Source: Laetmonice hystrix | Lineage: Eukaryota | DNA length: 64,000 bases | NCBI GenBank assembly: GCA_965235115.1 | Contig: OZ249446.1 | Location: forward strand, 5,642,001-5,706,000 | Direction of reading: 5' to 3' | Shown: in pieces, positions 1 to 12,360 of the stretch | Layout of the letters: each line of letters opens with the position of its first letter | Position numbering within the stretch: position 1 is the stretch's first letter | Program-made: the position numbers and the translations under genes | The notes under the pieces: generated by a model | Told to the model about the DNA's origin: nothing | The model's database searches: none | Seen by the model: the letters and a program-made list of their open reading frames with translations, nothing else

Positions 1-248
1 GCTGAAACATGTAGAGGAGCCAGAACGTCCCTCATCCACTTAAGCTTAGTCTGAGCTGGTTAAAGCGAATCAACATTATGCTGTCATATTTACTTAAACT
101 ACCTAGGCAGCCGGAACACTGCGGCTTAACAAATATTTTTTGTCTCAATAATACACAAGTAGATAAAAAATATGTAACAGAAGATTTGTCTGACGTTATG
201 AGAGTATAGGAGAAAACAATTGATAAAAGAAATGCAATATAACAGGGG

Positions 249-1156
249 GAGCTGGGTTTGAGATGCACGGCCTGACGTGTACCTGAGTACGATAGAGCGG
301 GGTTTGAGAGGCACAGCCTGATGTAGTATGGTGGAGCAGGGTTTGAGAGGCTCAGCCTGACGTGTACCTGAGTACGACAGAGCGGGGTTTGAGAGGCACA
401 GCCTGACGTGTACCTGGGTACGATAGAGCGGGGTTTGAGAGGCACAGCCTGATGTAGTACGGTGGAGCTGGGTTTGAGAGGCACGGCCTGATGTGTACTG
501 AGTACGATAGAGCGGGGTTTGAGAGGCACAGCCTAACGTACCTGTGTACGGTGGAGTGGGTTTTGAGAGGCACAGCCTGATGTTTCTGAGTACGGCAGAG
601 CTGGGGTTGAGAGGCACAGTCTGGGGTACCTGGGTACGGCTGAGCTGGGTTTGAGAGGCACAGTCTGGAGTACCTGAGTACGGCAGATCTAAGTTTGAGA
701 GGCACAGTCTGGAGTACCTGAGTACGGCAGAGCTGGGTTTGAGAGGCACAGTCTGGGGTACCTGAGTACGGCAGAGCTGGGTTTGAGAGGCACAGTCTGG
801 GGTACCTGAGTACGGCAGAGCTGGGTTTGAGAGGCACAGTCTGGGGTACCTGAGTATGGCAGAGCTGGGTTTGAGAGGCACAGTCTGGGGTACCTGAGTA
901 CGGCAGAGCTGGGTTTGAGAGGCACAGTCTGGGGTACCTGTGTACCCAGAGCTGGGTTTGACAGGCACAGTCTGGGGTACCTGAGTACGGCAGAGCTGGG
1001 TTTGAGAGGCACAGTCTGGAGTACCTGAGTACGGCAGAGCTAGGTTTGAGAGGCACAGTCTGGAGTACCTGAGTACGGCAGAGCTGGGTTTGAGAGGCAC
1101 AGTCTGGGGTACCTGAGTACGGCAGAGCTGGGTTTGAGAGGCACAGCCTGACGTGT
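249..1156. repeat. Minisatellite, ~44-bp unit, ~21 copies
   Basis: Unit CTGAGTACGGCAGAGCTGGGTTTGAGAGGCACAGTCTGGGGTAC, period 44 (721 to 765). Left copies are more diverged. Accounts for track ORFs 32..529, 126..1100, 352..1377 and 689..1012. Confidence 0.97.
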
Positions 1157-1212
1157 GCAGTAATCTGATAACTGAGAACTGAGGTGATCAATGGTACTTG
1201 TTCAGATGGCAC
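1113..1212 (-). CDS. Candidate internal exon (VPSEQVPLITSVLSYQITAHVRLCLSNPALPYS), unknown protein
   Basis: Pyrimidine-rich acceptor ctctctagctctacttcgatctcAG. Only phase 0 is open. Donor CAG|GTACCC lies in the first unit of the 44-bp array. Phase-compatible with the exon at 3796-3963. Confidence 0.4.
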
Positions 1213-1568
1213 CTGAGATCGAAGTAGAGCTAGAGAGCCAATCATCCCAAACACCCGGAGGGTCCGGCATTCTATTTCTGTACTGTGCGGAAATATCCCC
1301 CCACCCCAACTCTCCGATGTACCCTGAGGGCAGGCATAGCACCGACACAGTCTACCAGCTCTATACAAACCGACCATACTCTCTATCCATACCTGACTCC
1401 CATGTAATCAATGGAGCCATGATGATCACGCTCCCACAGTACGGATTATGTCAGTAAAAGCAAGTCCTAATCAATGATGAATGGGCTGGAACTTTGTCAG
1501 GACACTCATTTTAGGACAAGTCAGATCAGTCAGGCAGAACTACCTCCTAGCTGTGGGATAACAAGTCA

Positions 1569-1625
1569 AGTGGCGGATCCAGGGGGGAGCTTTTGGGGGC
1601 TTAAGCCCCCCCCAGCTGACTCCAG
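1569..1625 (+). mobile_element. Terminal fragment of a MITE-like family (AGTGGCGGATCCAGG)
   Basis: Left end AGTGGCGGATCCAGGGGGG. Complementary right-end motifs occur elsewhere: CCCTGGATCCGCCCCCTG at ~30284 and AAATCCTGGATAGGCCACTG at ~47476. Confidence 0.5.
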
Positions 1626-1698
1626 GGTTATCATTTTACAGTATGCCTACGGCGCACCTAAGAGGTTTTATATACATTAAGCCGCCCATGAAGTCCAG

Positions 1699-1838
1699 GA
1701 CCCAGTTCGTAAAAACTTAAGATCTTGCTTAAGCTTAAGCTTAACGCTTCTGATTGGCTGATTTACTGAGGCCTGCCAATCAGAAGCCTTAAGCTTAAGC
1801 CTTAAGCCTAAAAATCTCAAGTTTTTACGAACTGGGTC
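1699..1838. mobile_element. 140-bp palindromic MITE, PIF/Harbinger-like
   Basis: TIRs GACCCAGTTCGTAAAAACTT / AAGTTTTTACGAACTGGGTC, flanked by a CAG direct repeat (1696-1698, 1839-1841). Interior is also inverted (CTTAAG runs; GCTTCTGATTGGC / GCCAATCAGAAGC). Confidence 0.85.
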
Positions 1839-1967
1839 CAGGCGTCTCCAGGACACCTTTGTTCTACAACTTCCTAATTCTGTTTTCATTTTGAGATTAT
1901 TTCGGGCCATCAGTTATTTCGCTCACAGTCACTGGAGAACCTGATGTTATGATCTCGAGGTGCGACT

Positions 1968-2104
1968 GCGGAACACTCATGAACTTATCCATGAGGATGT
2001 TTATAAACCTACATGTAAAATTATTATATATTCCAGCGGAACACTCATGAACTTATCCATGAGGATGTTTATAAACCTCCATGTAAACTTATTATATATT
2101 CCAG
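1968..2104. repeat. 68-bp tandem duplication (2 copies)
   Basis: GCGGAACACTCATGAAC...TATATTCCA starts at 1968 and again at 2036. Confidence 0.95.
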
Positions 2105-3077
2105 GAAGCTGGTTTCAGACGAACTGCCTAAGTCGAGAGATATGCTATCCGACAGCTAACCGGGCTCGACTCCGCTCTTCATGAGCCATGGAAAATTGGA
2201 ACATTTGAACCGTGCTTTTGAGGACTTAGATAAATTAAATTCGAATCTGTCATCTCCAAGGCGGACAAATTGGGACTGGAAAATCTACTTAAGTCAAACC
2301 ACCCGAGATCAATTTCACATCAGTGAGATGACGGAGAGGGAGTAACTTGCTTAACTCGTATTAAACCTGATATTTCCCCTGGCTTGATGAGCCTCAGATT
2401 GCCTTCCCTCAAACGTCGCGAAGGGAATCACAGATTGCAGGAACAATCTACTTGGAGCAATTACTTACGGAGTCGATTGCGAAGACAAGGTTGCTGAGGT
2501 AACACTGCAGATAGGCGTATGAAATTCCGGCGATATAGAGCTATTTTATCATTGATATATACGTTGATCAAACACATAGATTTACTGGAAGACCATGCAG
2601 ACATCAGTGACAAGCTGGGACAGACCCCATCCTATTTTTGGTAAACCCTTTGCCTTCAGTCGAAACACAATAAAGGAGCCACTGAAAACAGGTCTACATA
2701 CACACTAATTCAGAATCTAGGGTGGCCCCACAAAAAAGTGAGCTCCCCTTGTCATTTGTTTGAGGTTTTGTCACGAACATCGACAGGACCTTCGGGCACC
2801 TGGCAAGGATCCCGTGACCTGCCACCAGGGCTGTTGCCACGAAACGGGTCTCTGCCCAGTGGGGATTGGTGGAGCTCATTGGGCCTTACATCCCTGGCCA
2901 ACTGCCGATTTTTGTGTCCTATTTCAAACTTCCAAAAGCGAACTCTGTAATGTTACAAACCTTGCCAGCATGAAGGTATTTTTCAATAACTAAGAGCATG
3001 AGGTAAAACAACCATCACCCTCTCCCTTTCATGTGTTTTTTTTACGTAAACGCTGTTGGCAAAAACGTTTTAGAGTT

Positions 3078-3782
3078 CCATTCTAACTATGTAAACTGCC
3101 ACCATCTAGGCCTGAAGGTAGGCCTGGTTCTGATCTGTCTTGACTGGTACATCAGAGACCTGCTACCATTCTAACTATGCAAACTGCCACCATCTGGGCC
3201 TGAAGGTAGGCCTGGTTCTGATCTGTCTTGACTGGTACATCAGAGACCTGCTACCATTCTAACTATGCAAACTGCAACTATCTGGGCCTGAAGGTAGGCC
3301 TGGTTCTGATCTGTCTTGACTGGTACATCAGAGACCTGCTACCATTCTAACTATGCAAACTGCCACCATCTGGGCCTGAAGGTAGGCCTGGTTCTGATCT
3401 GTCTTGACTGGTACATCAGAGACCTGCTACCATTCTAACTATGCAAACTGCCACCATCTAGGCCTGAAGGTAGGCCTGGGTCTGATCTGTCTTGACTGGT
3501 ACATCAGAGACCTGCTACCATTCTAACTATGCAAACTGCCACTATCTGAGCCTGAAGGTAGGCCTGGTTCTGATCTGTCTTGACTGGTACATCAGAGACC
3601 TGCTCCCATTCTAACTATGCAAACTGCCACCATCTGGGCCTGAAGGTAGGCCTGGTTCTGATCTGTCTTGACTGGTACATCAGAGACCTGCTACCATTCT
3701 AACTATGCAAATTGCCACTATCTGGGCCTGGAGGTAGGCCTGGTCTGATCTGTCTTGACTGGTACATCAGAAACCTGCTACC
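3078..3782. repeat. Minisatellite, 88-bp unit, 8 copies
   Basis: CCATTCTAACTATGCAAACTGCC...GAGACCTGCTA, period 88 (3078 to 3166). Confidence 0.97.
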
Positions 3783-3795
3783 AACCTAGGCCTAC

Positions 3796-3963
3796 TGACA
3801 GCGTCCACTGGAGGATGTCCTTGATGACCTCAGCGGGCTGAGGGCACAGGTGTAAAATTAGAGACAGCGCGTCCGTCATTGTGTCCCTCATCACCTTCCG
3901 GTGTTCAATCAGCTCAAAGGTTGGGCGCATCGGTTGTGGAGGTAGGGTCGAGTGAGGGTGGAG
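3796..3963 (-). CDS. Candidate exon (LHPHSTLPPQPMRPTFELIEHRKVMRDTMTDALSLILHLCPQPAEVIKDILQWTLS)
   Basis: 168 nt, phase 0-0, with a helical-protein-like translation. Acceptor ctctaccccAG comes from the nearest unit of the 22-bp array. Donor TCA|GTAGGC. Sandwiched between two arrays. Confidence 0.5.
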
Positions 3964-4480
3964 CTGGGGTAGAGTGAGGGTGGAGCTGGGGTAGAGTGAG
4001 GGTGGAGCTGGGGTAGAGTGAGGGTGGAGCTGGGGTAGAGTGAGGGTGGAGCTGGGGTAGAGTGAGGGTGGAGCTGGGGTAGAGTGAGGGTGGAGCTGGG
4101 GTAGAGTGAGGGTGGAGGTAGGGTAGAGTGAGGGTGGAGCTGGGGTAGAGTGAGGGTGGAGCTGGGGTAGAGTGAGGGTGGAGGTAGGGTAGAGTGAGGG
4201 TGGAGGTAGGGTAGAGTGAGGGTGGAGCTGGGGTAGAGTGAGGGTGGAGCTGGGGTAGAGTGAGGGTGGAGGTAGGGTAGAGTGAGGGTGGAGCTGGGGT
4301 AGAGTGAGGGTGGAGCTGGGGTAGAGTGAGGGTGGAGGTAGGGTAGAGTGAGGGTGGAGCTGGGGTAGAGTGAGGGTGGAGCTGGGGTAGAGTGAGGGTG
4401 GAGGTAGGGTAGAGTGAGGGTGGAGGTAGGGTAGAGTGAGGGTGGAGGTAGGGTAGAGTGAGGGTGGAGCTGGGGTGGAG
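3937..4480. repeat. G-rich minisatellite, 22-bp unit, ~24 copies
   Basis: Two interspersed variants, GAGCTGGGGTAGAGTGAGGGTG and GAGGTAGGGTAGAGTGAGGGTG. Confidence 0.97.
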
Positions 4481-5228
4481 GTCGTGGCTACTCGTGGGCT
4501 ATCAACTGTCGAGTACACCCACAACAATAGCTTTATATCAAGACACACACAATCGGACCCGACAACAAAGTGTGGAAGCATGGTACCACCAGGTAGTCGA
4601 CCTGTATCAATATTGAGTCCGGTTCCACACAAACTCAACATTTGAATAAATCCTTTCAGACAGTCTTTTACCACGAACAATGATAAAATTAAATTTTCCT
4701 ATGCGAGACAGAAGATCATGAATCAATTCAAATTTTTGAAATTTTTCCAAGATATTTTCTCCAGGTGAGCGATGGTTGCTGTGAACGTGAAGAGAGGCCT
4801 TCTTCAGCCAGTCAAGTATGGGAGTTGGCCAGTGTTTAATCGATTTATTTCTGTAGGCCAACATTCATGCTTCATTAAGTGCCCACGACCATCACCAGAG
4901 TGTCCCATCCCTGGCCTGAATCAATACACACCCTTGATGTGACGCGCCGCACAGCAATCACCATTTGACGTAATTACTGCCCATTTCATTTCGACCATAA
5001 ACAATCTCCTCCCAGAGCTGGCACGAGTCACAAACGACGAACACCCAATGGGCCACTCTCCACTCAGAAAACACCTCTCATTAGTAGGCTTTCGACGCAG
5101 TGAGGAATCCAATCACGGTCTGTGAATGGCAACCAAACAAAGTTGGATGTCAGCTCGTCCACCTCGCTAAGATTGAGGAGGTGCTATTTTACGTTGGTCG
5201 GTGAAGAAACCGTGTTTTGTCCACACAG

Positions 5229-5337
5229 AAGACGGGCAGAGAGAAGAGCAGGACCTGGATAAGGTCTCCCGACTCCGGAACGGTGGCGAAATAATTGCAG
5301 CCAGCTCATCAGATTCGTTCAAGCCAATTCAGGAGGG
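5229..5337 (+). CDS. Candidate exon (EDGQREEQDLDKVSRLRNGGEIIAASSSDSFKPIQE)
   Basis: Acceptor tgttttgtccacacAG, donor GG|GTAATC, phase 1-2. Chains in phase with 5677-5826. Confidence 0.25.
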
Positions 5338-5676
5338 GTAATCAATTTTAATCTCACCAATGTTACAACCCCTCCATTTCATTAATTTAAAACAAACGAA
5401 CAAACACATTAGTTCAATAGCCCTACCTTCCTGTCTCTCAGTCAACTAAAAGTACACACCTCCCTTCTTGTCCTCACAAATGAGGCTTGAAAAATGAAGG
5501 GTTCGACCACCCTGCCTGGTTAACCTGGAATTCAGACTTTGGGGTGACTTGGTGCAGATCGAATATAGCCAGTGCTATATTAGTATGTTGTCCTGCCAAG
5601 GCTAACTACGGGATCAAACTGGTGCTTCGTGGGTGTCCGCCAGATGGCAGCACAATTTGCCCCTGCTGCCTGGCAG

Positions 5677-5826
5677 GACTGTAAAATTTCAACCAGCTGA
5701 AGATAACTGTTGGTTTAAGGTGGACTGCCAACTTAAACCACCCGTTCGGGACGTTTGTGATAAACCCCGGCACGGTCAAGGTAAAATCCCTCGGATAACC
5801 TCGAAATCACCAGAACGAGATCACAC
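5677..5826 (+). CDS. Candidate exon (TVKFQPAEDNCWFKVDCQLKPPVRDVCDKPRHGQGKIPRITSKSPERDH)
   Basis: Acceptor cccctgctgcctggcAG, strong donor AC|GTAAGT. One open frame, phase 2-2. Confidence 0.3.
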
Positions 5827-6438
5827 GTAAGTCTCGTTATTAGGCTTATCAAAGATACTGTGCTTCCATATATAGTCTATCGGTCAGGGCCAGTGGCGGA
5901 CTTAAAGGCGCTAGGTTCAACAAATATACCTCATATTATTCTTTATACCTACTCGTTTTCCCCATGAATAGGACCTGCCACCCGTGGGTTGGTATTAAAG
6001 TCTTCGCCTCTGGTGGATCGACTAACAATGGACGCCAACCCACTACAAAATATTCCAAATAAAGGTTAAACAGACTGAAAGGTCATCCGGAACAATAGGG
6101 GCACAATTCTCCATGTTATCCTCCCAAAATGATTTATCAAGTGTAAATGGATAGAATGTTGAACGGTTCTAACTGACATATTTATGACGGTCCTAAAATA
6201 CGAGCAAGCCGAGCATCTGTCAGGCTGCATAGGCTGCCACTTGAGGCGACCTGACAATGAGCACGGCAATGTCAAATTAATGTTTCTAAAAGGTTATAAA
6301 ATGGCGTGTATTGTTTCAGGATGATAAATGTACAAACCAGTGTTCCTGGTAAACAGATAGAAGAGACGACTGTAATTCTGTCAACGTTTCTTTCTCCATC
6401 CTGACAACTGGCGTTGCTCACGTAGATAGGACTTTCTG

Positions 6439-6997
6439 TTACCATGGCAGCGTCTTGAAGCGATTACTAGTTGTTGTTGGCAGTGCCAATGTTTTCTGCT
6501 TGCCGTCGGTCAGCATCATTAGGTGTCGTACAGTCAGACTTTCAAATACTTTGGTCACGTTCCGTGTATGTTTTAACCGTGTTGTGTGCCATGATATGAT
6601 CATCCCCTCAGTCGGATTGCTGAGCCGCCAAGTTCCGACTGCTATCTGAAACGTGTCAATATTCCCATCTGTGTATGTATCTCTCTACACGAGTACATCA
6701 TCCATGAGAAGTGTTATGTCTGCGGCCAGTGCCTCTACAGTTACATGCTTACACCCAGGCGGTACCATCCGTGAAGCTCCAACGTTGTCTCTACCTTGCG
6801 TGATTCGTAACGGTATCGATCCAATTGAAATGCTAGCGGTTATAGAAAGCTGCCCTTTGTTCCCTGCCAGTCTGGTCATTCCTCCTGGGCAAACTGTGAG
6901 GATTTAACCTCTAGTCTTGGCAATCCTTACTTCTGGGGCGAGACTTTGCATCCACTGATGGTAGCAGGCCACGTGGGCGACGCAAGCACCCTCTGGC

Positions 6998-7031
<34 letters not shown>

Positions 7032-7155
7032 AACTGTCCACGGCTAAGTAAAGCGGTTCAACCCAACAAGGCAAAGCACCACTAATTGCCGAGAGCATAT
7101 CGATCGATTCCTTAAACCTTACCCAACCGCCAAACTCCATCCCTGGGCAGACCAC
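6439..7155 (-). pseudogene. Interrupted ~239-codon reading frame of unknown origin
   Basis: Track ORFs 6904..7155 and 6685..6879 plus the downstream ~80 codons (RDTYTDGNIDTFQIAVGTWRLSNPTEG...FKTLPW) are all in one frame, with only two internal stops (6904-6906, 6685-6687). No homolog recognised. Confidence 0.4.
7000..7029. repeat. (CAG)10 microsatellite
   Basis: Ten perfect CAG units. Confidence 0.97.
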
Positions 7156-8304
7156 ACGAGAAACAATGTAGGCGTATCACACCTAGGGGGTCTCTCTCTG
7201 ACCATTGTAACCGTGGTGGCTTGGACCATAGTCCAAGTGGACTGTAACTCACCACCGCGGGCCATGCCATTGGCTATCAGTTAATTTCACTTTCAATTAA
7301 TTATTTCCTTGAAAATATTTCATTACAAGATTGTCTTATAACAACCGAGAGTTCAACACTCTTTATCCATTTCCTCAAGCTTTCTACTAATTAAACCCCG
7401 CTTAAAACTGTAGCTTACCTGTCGGAAAACTTAAATTTTGAACGGTGAAATTTTCTTTAAATTTAATGACTACACTAATGGAAAAGCTGAATACCGATAA
7501 AACAAAAAGCGGGAACACAAATCATCAGAAATACGCACCGCGGAACTGCATTCACTCAGTCATAGCGTCGTGCTTTTTTCGTTTTTTTTTATTTCTGCTG
7601 CAGCAATTCCAATTACGGTTGTTTCTTTGCCTGTGCACATGAACATATGGTAAACCAGGGGGTTTTCGCGGTTCTTATGTGGAACTTTCGCGTACGTTTA
7701 CTTCCCACGAATTTTTGAAACCGGTCGTTAGCATTTTTCCATTTCCCAGTATAGTAGCGATTTTCGCGTGTATGAAGCCTCCGCGAAATTACCATACCAC
7801 GCGAAATTAGCGAATATTTCACGGATTGGAGCACCTGTATCATATATCAACTGTTCGCCTGGTTCGGCTGCTCGTGTTACTGTTAGGTATCTGTATAATG
7901 GACTCTCAACTGTTCCGTTTTGGATTCAGGGCATCATCAGGACTCACGTACATCACGTCATATGACGTCACAATTGGCAAAAAAAAGTGCCAAATTTCGA
8001 GGTTACGATTGTGGCGACATCAAGCAACCTTGATCTGAAACAGCTCGCCGAAACCAGACCCAATATCGGATCGGGTCAAGGGGTCAGATTTTATGACCTG
8101 TAGGCAGATTCGATATTGAGAGTTGGCAGGCGGGCTAAATTCTAGGAATCAAGCGTAAATCCACAGCCCCCAGCGTGTGCGTGTGTGAGTTAATGAAAGG
8201 CTAGTTGCAGTATAGGAGACTGGACGCCTCCCCCTCCCTCTCACGTGGAGGCTAACTGACGACTGACCTCAGTCCCTGGTTGTCTCCTGGCTCAGTTCCC
8301 ACAG

Positions 8305-8371
8305 GGACATGGTCCTGCACGAATGTAAACAAATCTATTTGTTGGTGACCCACTATGTCACCGAGTTCATG
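8305..8371 (+). CDS. Candidate exon (DMVLHECKQIYLLVTHYVTEFM)
   Basis: Acceptor ctcagttcccacAG, weak donor ATG|GTCAGC, phase 2-0. Protein-like translation. Confidence 0.3.
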
Positions 8372-9505
8372 GTCAGCCTTACTGCCTGATTTACATACGA
8401 TTACCACCACTATAATATGTCAGTTTCCGGAGCTGTCTCAACATCTCTTCACATAACCACACATTCACCTAACTCTGGCGTAACGTTGAAACAAATGTGA
8501 GATTCTATCAACCGTCTGGGATATCATCTCCTGCAGATTATCATAGTACGAAGTTACCATATTTATGAGGTCTCTCTTTCCGTTTAAATTTATGTTTTGA
8601 TACGTTCAAGGACTGAATCTCTTAACATTTCAAACATTGAAATGAAAAGTGAATGTCACGATTTCACAGACAGGGGTGGACGATTATGGGGAATATCACC
8701 ATGACAACGTGTTAATTATCTCTGTAAGATGGTCACGCTACCTCTGACAACGTCTTCCATTAATCTTTTCCCTTTTCTTTTGTTTTTATTAGCGTTTTAG
8801 ATATATCCCGCCCAAATTTCTTCTACTTTGGTCCATGGCTGCCCCTCATAGCCACATCTATTAAACGTAAAGATAACTACCTTTGTGTCAAACTGTGGAC
8901 AGAAAGAAAAAACAGCTACAAAATAACGAGGAAACCTACCTGGTAGTTTCTATAAGTTACAGATAACAAATACTCCTTCCACGACTTCGGTTAAATGGCT
9001 TCATAACCAGAAGCAGGTTTTTAGTTATCGTAAGATAACAAGAAGAAAACGTTGGCCGACTAAACCATCTTTGCCATGTTAAGGTGATTATCGATAAATA
9101 AAATTTTATAGTTCCAGAGGGAACCAACTTTTATAGCACGAAAAACGTTGTTAGAACAAAGAATAAAAAGAAGCAAAGATTCAGAAAACAGATTTGGATT
9201 GTTAAAAGGAAAAGAAGAGAAGCAATACGTTAAACTAGAACATGTCGACGTCATTCGGCATTCAGTACATGGACTCTCAAATCAACGCTAATTTAAACAG
9301 ACAATGTGCGGGTAGATATTGTCAATCCGTGACTGGGTGTAGGTTTTCCGACCGCCCCCGACCACCCATTGTCAGCGTTCATGGCTGCTCAACATGCCAT
9401 CTGGTTCCCATTGTTTTAATGATATCAAGGCAGCAGAATACACCGATACAGACTCCCTTTTAAAAACCACCAGAGTCAACCTGTACCTCGCTGATAATCG
9501 GACTG

Positions 9506-10004
9506 CAGATACACAGTAAAAGCAAGTCCTATCCCTGACAGATACACAGTAAAACCAAGTCCTAACCCTGACAGATACACAGTCAAACCAAGTCCTAACC
9601 CTGACAGATACACAGTAAAACCAAGTTCTATCCCTGACAGATACACAGTAAAACCAAAAGTCCTAACCCTGACAGATACACAGTCAAACCAAAAGTCCTA
9701 TCCCTGACAGATACACAGTCAAACCAAGTCCTATCCCTGACAGATACACAGTAAAAGCAAGTCCTATCCCTGACAGATACAGTCAAACCAAGTCCTAACC
9801 CTGACAGATACACAGTAAAACCAAGTCCTAACCCTGACAGATACACAGTAAAACCAAGTCCTATCCCTGACAGATACACAGTCAAACCAAGTGCTATCCC
9901 TGACAGATACACAGTAAAACCAAGTCCTATCCCTGACAGATACACAGTAAAACCAAGTCCTATCCCTGACAGATACACAGTAAAACCAAGTCCTATCCCT
10001 GACA
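9506..10004. repeat. Minisatellite, ~33-bp unit, ~15 copies
   Basis: GACAGATACACAGTAAAACCAAGTCCTATCCCT, with small indels. Confidence 0.97.
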
Positions 10005-10540
10005 TACACCGTGAAAGAGATGTTTTGCATTTTGTAACAATGAGAACAGGAGGACTGGCTCAAGGACATAGTAATTATCCTTCCAACAATAGCGGCATGA
10101 GTCAAATTACAGGTACACTACGGCTTGTGGGGCCATCATGCTATACGTTCAAATAATAACATCAGCTCAACATAAATCACCATCCTCATCTTTCTATTCC
10201 GAGGTATTGTTTTCTTCTATAGCATGTATTATTTCCCTGACCGTACCTTCTCCCAGCATGGTCTGCCGATAACAGACCTACGTACGTACATATTCCTTCC
10301 ACGCCAAGGGACTTGTTATATATCGCGCTGTGACAAGTGAATACTTATTGTGCATTGTACTACTCTACATTAATATGTTACTTGGTGTCTCATCACCACA
10401 AATAATCTGCAGTACATTTACATATGAACGGGATGCGAATTATATCGGCTAGTAGGTATGATGTACAAATTACAACATTTTAAACTGAAGGAGTAGTCGT
10501 GCTGCAACGCTATGAAACGAACCAAAGGTTGAGGTTAGCA

Positions 10541-11685
10541 GAATATCGTGTTTTGTATACATACAGCTGCTCTCACTCTCTCTCTAACCTTACTCTACCC
10601 GTCAATATCATGTTTTGTATACATACAGCTGCTCTCACTCACTCTCTAACCTTACCCTACCCGTGAATATCATGTTTTGTATACATACAGCTGCTCTCAC
10701 TCTCTCTAACCTTACTCTACCCGTGAATATCATGTTTTGTCTACATACAGCTGCTCTCACTCTCTCTAACCTTACTCTACCCGTGAATATCATGTTTTGT
10801 AACCATACAGCTGCTCTCACTCTCTCTAACCTTACTCTATCCGTGAATATCATGTTTTGTCTACATACAGCTGCTCTCACTCTCTCTAACCTTACCCTAC
10901 CCGTGAATATCATGTTTTGTATACATACAGCTGCTCTCACTCTCTCTAACCTTACCCTACCCGTGAATATCATGTTTTGTCTACATACAGCTGCTCTCAC
11001 TCTCTCTAACCTTACTCTACCCGTGAATATCATGTTTTGTATACATACAGCTGCTCTCACTCTCTCTAACCTTACTCTACCCGTGAATATCATGTTTTGT
11101 ATACATACAGCTGCTCTCACTCTCTCTAACCTTACCCTACCCGTGAATATCATGTTTTGTATACATACAGCTGCTCTCACTCACTCTCTAACCTTACCCT
11201 ACCCGTGAATATCATGTTTTGTATACATACAGCTGCTCTCACTCTCTCTAACCTTACCCTACCCGTGAATATCATGTTTTGTATACATACAGCTGCTCTC
11301 ACTCTCTCTAACCTTACTCTACCCGTGAATATCATGTTTTGTATACATACAGCTGCTCTCACTCTCTCTAACCTTACTCTACCCGTGAATATCATGTTTT
11401 GTCTACATACAGCTGCTCTCACTCTCTCTAACCTTACCCTACCCGTGAATATCATGTTTTGTATACATACAGCTGCTCTCACTCTCTCTAACCTTACCCT
11501 ACCCGTGAATATCATGTTTTGTATACATACAGCTGCTCTCACTCTCTCTAACCTTACTCTACCCGTGAATATCATGTTTTGTATACATACAGCTGCTCTC
11601 ACTCTCTCTAACCTTACCCTACCCGTGAATATCATGTTTTGTAACCATACAGCTGCTCTCACTCTCTCTAACCTTACTCTACCCG
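10541..11685. repeat. Minisatellite, 60-bp unit, ~19 copies
   Basis: ACATACAGCTGCTCTCACTCTCTCTAACCTTACTCTACCCGTGAATATCATGTTTTGTAT. Occasional 62-bp units shift the frame. Confidence 0.98.
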
Positions 11686-11710
11686 TTGTCTCCACTTCCT
11701 TGATTTCCCC
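11678..11710 (-). CDS. Candidate 33-nt exon (GEIKEVETTGR)
   Basis: Acceptor aattgttctAG. Donor AGA|GTAAGG lies in the terminal unit of the 60-bp array. Competes with a plus-strand candidate at 11715-11789. Confidence 0.2.
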
Positions 11711-12360
11711 CTAGAACAATTTCCAAGCTAAGTGCCTGCCTCAGAAGTCCTGTATTTAATAGCACTGGCAGAGCCGGACACGAATGCAGGTAGAGGTTAC
11801 TGGTCAGGGTAAATGGATCCATTTGGTTCCCCCCGAGGGAGAATCCATCACGATCTCTTGTCACAACTGCCTCTGTAATATTTCTGTATCATTTCTCAAT
11901 TTGACATTAGCTTTAAGTGCCCTAAAAAGCTTGCATTGACACACAGGAGAAACCCATGCAATGACCCAGGCCGACCTGATAATGTTTGCTTCCTTCTCTA
12001 TCGATATTCCGATTACCATATAAAGGCCCAATGTCAGATAAATTTCTGTATTTTATATGCTGACCTACATACGGGCCTACGTTCCAATTATACTAATACC
12101 TAAATATCATCGGTATTGAGTTGGATGAGATCTTTATCAAAATGTAATAGAGCAAAATTTAACTATTTTAGCACTCCTATATACCGTTTTATGGCCCAAT
12201 GGAATTACGAGGTATAAACTTCACTAATCACAGTGCCTGGACGAAAATTCAACCGATACTGTCGATATGCAACGTCAATGACCCAAGCTATAGTATTGGA
12301 TAACCAATAATGTAACGAATAACTGGAACCGGGTTGGAACCAATACCAATAATGGTCCTT

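Noticed and set aside
10615-11714. Paired ~190-aa ORFs on both strands
   Set aside because: Artefact of the 60-bp repeat; 62-bp units cause frameshifts.
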